This document shows positions 57,919 through 64,000 of a DNA stretch of 64,000 bases, piece by piece. Source of the stretch: the human T2T-CHM13v2.0 reference genome, Homo sapiens; NCBI RefSeq assembly GCF_009914755.1, contig NC_060931.1. One strand, 5' to 3'. The position numbers and the translations under genes are program-made. The first letter of the stretch is position 1. The number at the start of each line of letters is the position of its first letter. Under the pieces are notes generated by a model. It saw nothing but the letters and a program-made list of their open reading frames with translations. It was not told the origin of the DNA and ran no database searches.

Positions 57919-59537
57919 GGTGGTTTGAAAGTTCTTTGAGAGTATGACAGTGTCTTATGCTTTTTTATTTTCTTCCTACCATACATTATCTTGCCTTGGA
58001 CATGGAAAATACTAATTGAATATTCAAATGAATTGAATGAACATGATGAACTTGAGATCTGTAATGACCTATAATTTAATTTTTAAATCAGAGTCTAATA
58101 ATTCTTATCCATATCACTTTTAACTTTTGTCACTTCTGGTTAAGTTGTTAGATCAGACTTTGAGTTAATTTGCAAAATTAGACAAGGTTTATCATGTTGT
58201 TTTAGAAAAATAACCTAATTAAACACTGGGATTGTCGACAAGACATGCTTGGTGAAATATTTTGATGAAGGTATTTCTCTTTAAATAATAATTGTAAAAT
58301 AATGGTTTGGATGAACATATGCAATCATTTATGTAAGGCAGACTGCTTCTAATTCTTTTGTTCCTTTCCAAACACTAACTATGGGACATAAAATAAAAAG
58401 ACATTAATATTCAAAATACATAGTGTTTTTGGTTCTTTTTAAATCATGATTTTTTTCTTTTTTTTTTTTTAGTGGCTAGTGTAGCACTTGGAAAATCATA
58501 TACACTTCAATCCCAGGAATAGTGGTATTGCCAAAGCAAAACATCTTCTATTTACATATAAATGTCCTCATTCAGCATGACTGAATACCTTTCTCATTTA
58601 TAATGAAGTGGCAACAACCACAGCAATCAAATTCTAAGACATAGAGGCTAGATTAAAGTGACTGAGCATATCTCAGGATCGAAAAACAATCTTTCAAAAA
58701 ATTTAGCCTGGTCCCAACGTATAATCCTTCGTAAAGCTATTTTGAATTATTGCCAGATCCCTGGCTGTGATTTTGCAATTCCAACCAAATACTTCATGAG
58801 ACCTTTGGAGGAGAATCTCAGAAGTTCCTGCTGCAGCCAGTGACACAGAGGAAGTGTTGATCTGTTTTCACTGTACCATCTGTGTTTTGCTGAGAGACCA
58901 GTGGCTTTTATTTGTAAAGTGACCTATCGAAGCCAATGAACATTGTGGTTTTGCATTAACCATAATATTGTCATTTCAAATGGAATGTACAAGTTTATCA
59001 AAATCCACTTTAAACTTTTTATGTTCTCAAAGCAACAGGAAGCCAATTTATGTGGCCAATTAAATAGCTGTTGACTTTGATTTTGGTATTTTGTGCCATG
59101 GTCTTATCATTTAATTTGAAATACATATATTTTTAATCAAAACATTAAAAAAGAGTAAAATTTATTCTGCAATTGCTCCTTTTAAAATTTAAAATAATTG
59201 TATTTATTATTTAATATTTGAATAAATATCATTTGAACATCAATCTCACTACCAGTTTAGAGCAATCTTCTAAGTTATTTTGCTCTTCTTAAATATATTT
59301 TAAGATATGAGAGCAAACTAGATTTCTGAGAGTTTGTAAAATAAAGGAAAACAAATTAGGCATTTCTTCAGAAATGTGACCTCCTAAAGGACAGCTAAAG
59401 AAAACTTTTTAAAAAGGATTGTTTTTACTTCTGTCCTTTCCTTGGACTTTCCTAATCAACTCTTTTGTTCATGTAATAGCTTTTTTGAACTATAACTCAT
59501 ATACCATAATATTCACCCATTTAAAGTATACAATTCA

Positions 59538-59850
<313 letters not shown>

Positions 59851-59862
59851 AAACATACAATT

Positions 59863-60462
59863 TGAAGCAAATAATGTATATAGCGGTCCGTTTTCAAGAC
59901 AAAGTGCCTCAAATTGGCTCAGGTCAGCAAACTACAGAGGAAACAAGATATACTAGGCCTCTGCTTGGATAACCAATGCCTGCTTGTCAGTCCCCGCCAC
60001 CCCCCAACCCATTAGTTGCCCCTAGCCCAACCAAAGAAATTTAGTCTAAGATGAAAGTTTACTAGCCTGCAAGATAGCTCACTTTGTCTGTTCTTATTAG
60101 CCTGCCCAGCTACTTAGGTTATAAGTCAAATACTTAAGAGCTCCTGAGTTGACTAGGATTGCAATGTATTGTGGGCTGCAACAAAATGCATCAGGACAAC
60201 CCTAAAGAAAACACCTAAAGCCCCTACCCAAAAACCAATCGATGACATCCGGGAAGATTGTAACCCCATAGTACTCAGTCTATGAGGAACTAGGGGAGGG
60301 ACCTGTGCATTAGGGGATATATTGCTTGTTGAAACCATGCTGGGTATGCCTGTCCATCAGACACCTGATCTCGCAAGACTGTCATTAAAAGTCTCACTTT
60401 TGCTGTTCTCTGGTTCTCTGAGTCTATTCTTTGGGTTTGGACAGGTGAGTTTGTTTCTCACA
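59863..60462 (+). mobile_element. ERV solo LTR, 600 bp (subfamily not determined; possibly LTR18-like)
   Basis: TG...CA termini, 5-bp TSD CAATT (59858-59862 and 60463-60467), ATTAAA at about 60385. Confidence 0.8.
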
Positions 60463-61067
60463 CAATTCAATGGTTTTTAATGTATCACAGGGTTGTACTA
60501 CCATTATCACAATCAATTTTAGACATGTTTTAATCTCCCTCAAAAAACCCATACTCTTTAGCTACCACCATGCAAATTCCTCATGTTCCCATCTCCACCA
60601 GCCCAAAGCAATCAATAGATGTCTTTAAAAAAATATCTTGCCATGTCACAAGATCAAGCCTGTCACTTGTTGCAGAGCCAACAATAAATGAATGGAACTG
60701 AATACAACCTCCTAATAAGTGCATGCATATCAGACATGAGATATAAAATATCCTTTACATCCTATGCCCTAAACTACTTTCTATCTCTAGATTTGCCTAT
60801 TCTGGACATTTCAAATAAATGGAATCATATAATATGTGGCATTTGTGACAGGTTCCTTTCACTTAGCATAACATTTTCAAGGTTTATCTATGTTGTATAA
60901 CGTATCAGTACTTTGTCTCCTTTAATGAATGAATAATGTTGTTAATATTAATTCCATTAATAATATTAATATGGATATATGAAATTTTGCTCATCCATGC
61001 ATCAGTTGATGGGCATTTTGGTTGTTTCCACCTTTTGTTTTTTTTTAATTTTATTAAAAAAATTTTT

Positions 61068-61481
61068 AAGGCTAGTTAAGTGATGCAGTGGGAGTGGAGA
61101 AGGAACAAAGAAATCTGTGACTGGGGCCGGGCGCGGTGGCTCAGGCCTGTAATCCCAACACTTTCGGAGGCTGAGGCAGGTGGATCACAAGGCCAGGAGT
61201 TCGAGACCAGCCTGACAACATGGTGAAACCCTGTCTCTGCTAAAAATACAAAAATTAGCCGGGTTTGGTGGCACACATCTGTAATCCCAGCTACTCAGGA
61301 GGCTGAGGCAGGATAAGCACTTGAACACAGGAGAAGGAGGTTGCAGTGAGCGGAGATCCTGCGCCACTGCACTCCAGCCTGGGCGACAGAGCGAGACTCC
61401 GTCTAAGAAAAAAAAAAGAAAGAAAGAAATCTGTGACTGGTTGTAATCAATTTGTTATAAACACCACTGCACTCGGACCAG
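61068..61481 (-). pseudogene. Y3 RNA (RNY3-derived) retropseudogene split by an Alu
   Basis: Reverse complement of 61481-61441 joined to 61124-61068 reads CTGGTCCGAGTGCAGTGGTGTTTA...CCAGTCACAGATTTCTTTGTTCCTTCTCCACTCCCACTGCATCACTTAACTAGCCTT, matching hY3. A T-rich tail lies at 61033-61067. Confidence 0.92.
61125..61422 (+). mobile_element. AluS inserted into the Y3 pseudogene
   Basis: Exact 18-bp TSD AAAGAAATCTGTGACTGG. Confidence 0.93.
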
Positions 61482-61959
61482 AACTTTTGGTTATTTTAAC
61501 CAAAAAGGATGACATACCAAGAGCATTGAATCGGAACCTGAATTTTCTAACCCAGGTCCATCCTCCTTCATTTCAACAAGTTATCAGAATTTTATTTGTC
61601 CAAAATGTAATGTTTGATAATTATTATTTTTCTTTTTGTTGTTTCTTGTGCACATAGCATAATGTCTGGCACGCAGGTGAGAATCAGCTATTTTATTTCG
61701 GTGTGTCGTTCATAATGCTGCTATGAACATTCAGGTACAAGGTTTTTTGAGGACAAATGTTTTAATTTCATTTGAGTATATCTGTAGGCCTCTTTTCCAG
61801 ATGCTAAACAAACAGCTTCTACAAACGCAGACTAAGGCACTTCTGTAAGTTCTGAGAACTATCCCCCTTAGCCCATGCCTCCAAACTTGGGCAAGTTAAG
61901 TCAAAATTCTACTCAACCTTCCAGGCCCAATTCATTCATTCACGCATTCATTCAATCAA

Positions 61960-62601
<642 letters not shown>

Positions 62602-63331
62602 CTATGTGCCAGGCACTATGTTATGTGCACAGGAAACAACAACAAAAAGAAAAATATTAATTACCAGACATTACATTTTGGACAAATAAAATTCTGACAA
62701 CTTGTTGAAATGAAAGAGGATAGAGTTGGGTTAGAAAATGTAGGTTCCAAATCTATGCTGTTGGTGTGTCGCACTTTTGTTAAATAACATTGGGCAAATG
62801 ATGGAATTCTTCAAATGTTTTATAATCTGTGAAATATATATAATATTTTCTACCTAATGAAGCTGTGAGAATTCAGCTTAATATGAGATCTGAAAGCATT
62901 CTGCAATGTATAACAAGGTATAATTATTATTTTTAAAAATATTTTAATATATAATATTCTAAAATAATATCTTAATCTTATTATTTTTAATATTCTATTC
63001 CCTATAATACAGAATAGGGTTGTGGTTAAGAAGACCCGACTGTCTGGACTGTGTCTTGGCTCTTCCACTTATTGACAAGGATGTTATGAGAATAACATGA
63101 ATCAATACATGTAAAATATTTAGAATAATGCCTGGCAGTTAATAATCACCCAGTATTTAATATTAATTATATTATTGCTATTATAATCAACAATAATGTT
63201 GTTATTTTATAATTACTAATATTAATAATTAATAACATTAGCTGATGTTATTATTTATGAGGTAGGCTTATATTGAATAACCTCTTTTTATTTTTTATTT
63301 TATTTTATTTTTTTGCATTTGGAATGGGTCC

Positions 63332-64000
63332 TTTTTTTTTTAATTTTTTAATTTTTATTATTATACTTTAAGTTCTAGGGTACATGTGCACAACGTGCAG
63401 GTTTGTTACATATGTATACATGTGCCATGTTGGTGTGCTGTACCCATTAACTCGTCATTTACCTTAGGTATATCTCCCCTCCCCCCACCGCATGACAGGC
63501 CCCAGTGTGTGATATTCCCCTCCCTGTGTCCAAGTGTTCTCATTGTTCAATTCCCACCTATGAGTGAGAACTTGCGGTGTTTGGTTTTCTGTCCTTGTGA
63601 TAGTTTGCTGAGAATGATGATTTCCAGCTTCATCTATGTTCCTGCAAAGGACATGAATTCATCCTTTTTTATGGCTGCATAGTATTCCAAGGTGTATATG
63701 TGCCACATTTTCTTAATCCAGTCTATCATTGATGGGCATCTGGGTTGGTTCCAAGTCTTTGCTATTGTGAATAGTGCTGCAATAAGCATACATGTGCATG
63801 TGTCTTTATAGCAGCATGATTTATAATCCTTTGGGTATATACCCAGTAATGGGATCGCTGGGTCAAATGATATTTCTAGTTCTAGATCCTTGAGGAATCG
63901 CCACACTGCCTTCCACAATGGTTGAACTAATTTACACTCCCACCAACAGTGTAAAAGCGTTCCTATTTCTCCACATCCTCTGCAGCATCTGTTGTTTCCT
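63332..64000 (-). mobile_element. L1PA 3' end including degraded ORF2 C-terminus (continues past window)
   Basis: TTATTATACTTTAAGTTCTAGGGTACATGTGCACAACGTGCAGG L1PA terminus; ORF 63634-63918 WRFLKDLELEISFDPAIPLLGIYPK matches L1 ORF2p. Confidence 0.95.

Noticed and set aside
63634-63918. 94-aa ORF2-like ORF
   Set aside because: Fragment of a decayed L1 with a premature stop; not a gene.

Overview
Primate (almost certainly human, 7p21 by recall) genomic DNA centred on SP8, an Sp/buttonhead-family C2H2 zinc-finger transcription factor on the minus strand. Coding exon 1 is 28850-28830 (MATSLLG) and the large last exon is 27847-26342; spliced together they give 508 aa, and an internal ATG at 27814 gives 490 aa. 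The 3'UTR runs about 2 kb to a poly(A) signal at 24339-24334. SP8 sits in a roughly 16 kb Alu-free domain (21.0-37.2 kb) with several CpG islands and homeodomain/TCF-motif-rich candidate enhancers. The flanks are dense in Alu, L1, MIR, L2, MaLR/ERV LTR and MER elements. No other protein-coding gene is supported; the remaining ORFs are repeat-derived or GC-rich shadows. I found no wholly new biological system. The most notable observations are: (1) extra splice signals in the short SP8 intron, namely a 100-nt frameshifting cassette that turns the first ATG into an overlapping uORF, a candidate in-frame 36-nt microexon and an AG|GT site; (2) several locally templated DNA-repair insertions, including a ~200 bp inverted copy with a template-switch filler; (3) a nested L1/Alu/LTR/Y3-RNA/Alu stack, a poly(A)-only insertion, a tailless Alu and a short L1 3' transduction; (4) a perfect 16-bp RBPJ/NF-kB palindrome. 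Repeat boundaries and subfamily names were read by eye and are approximate.
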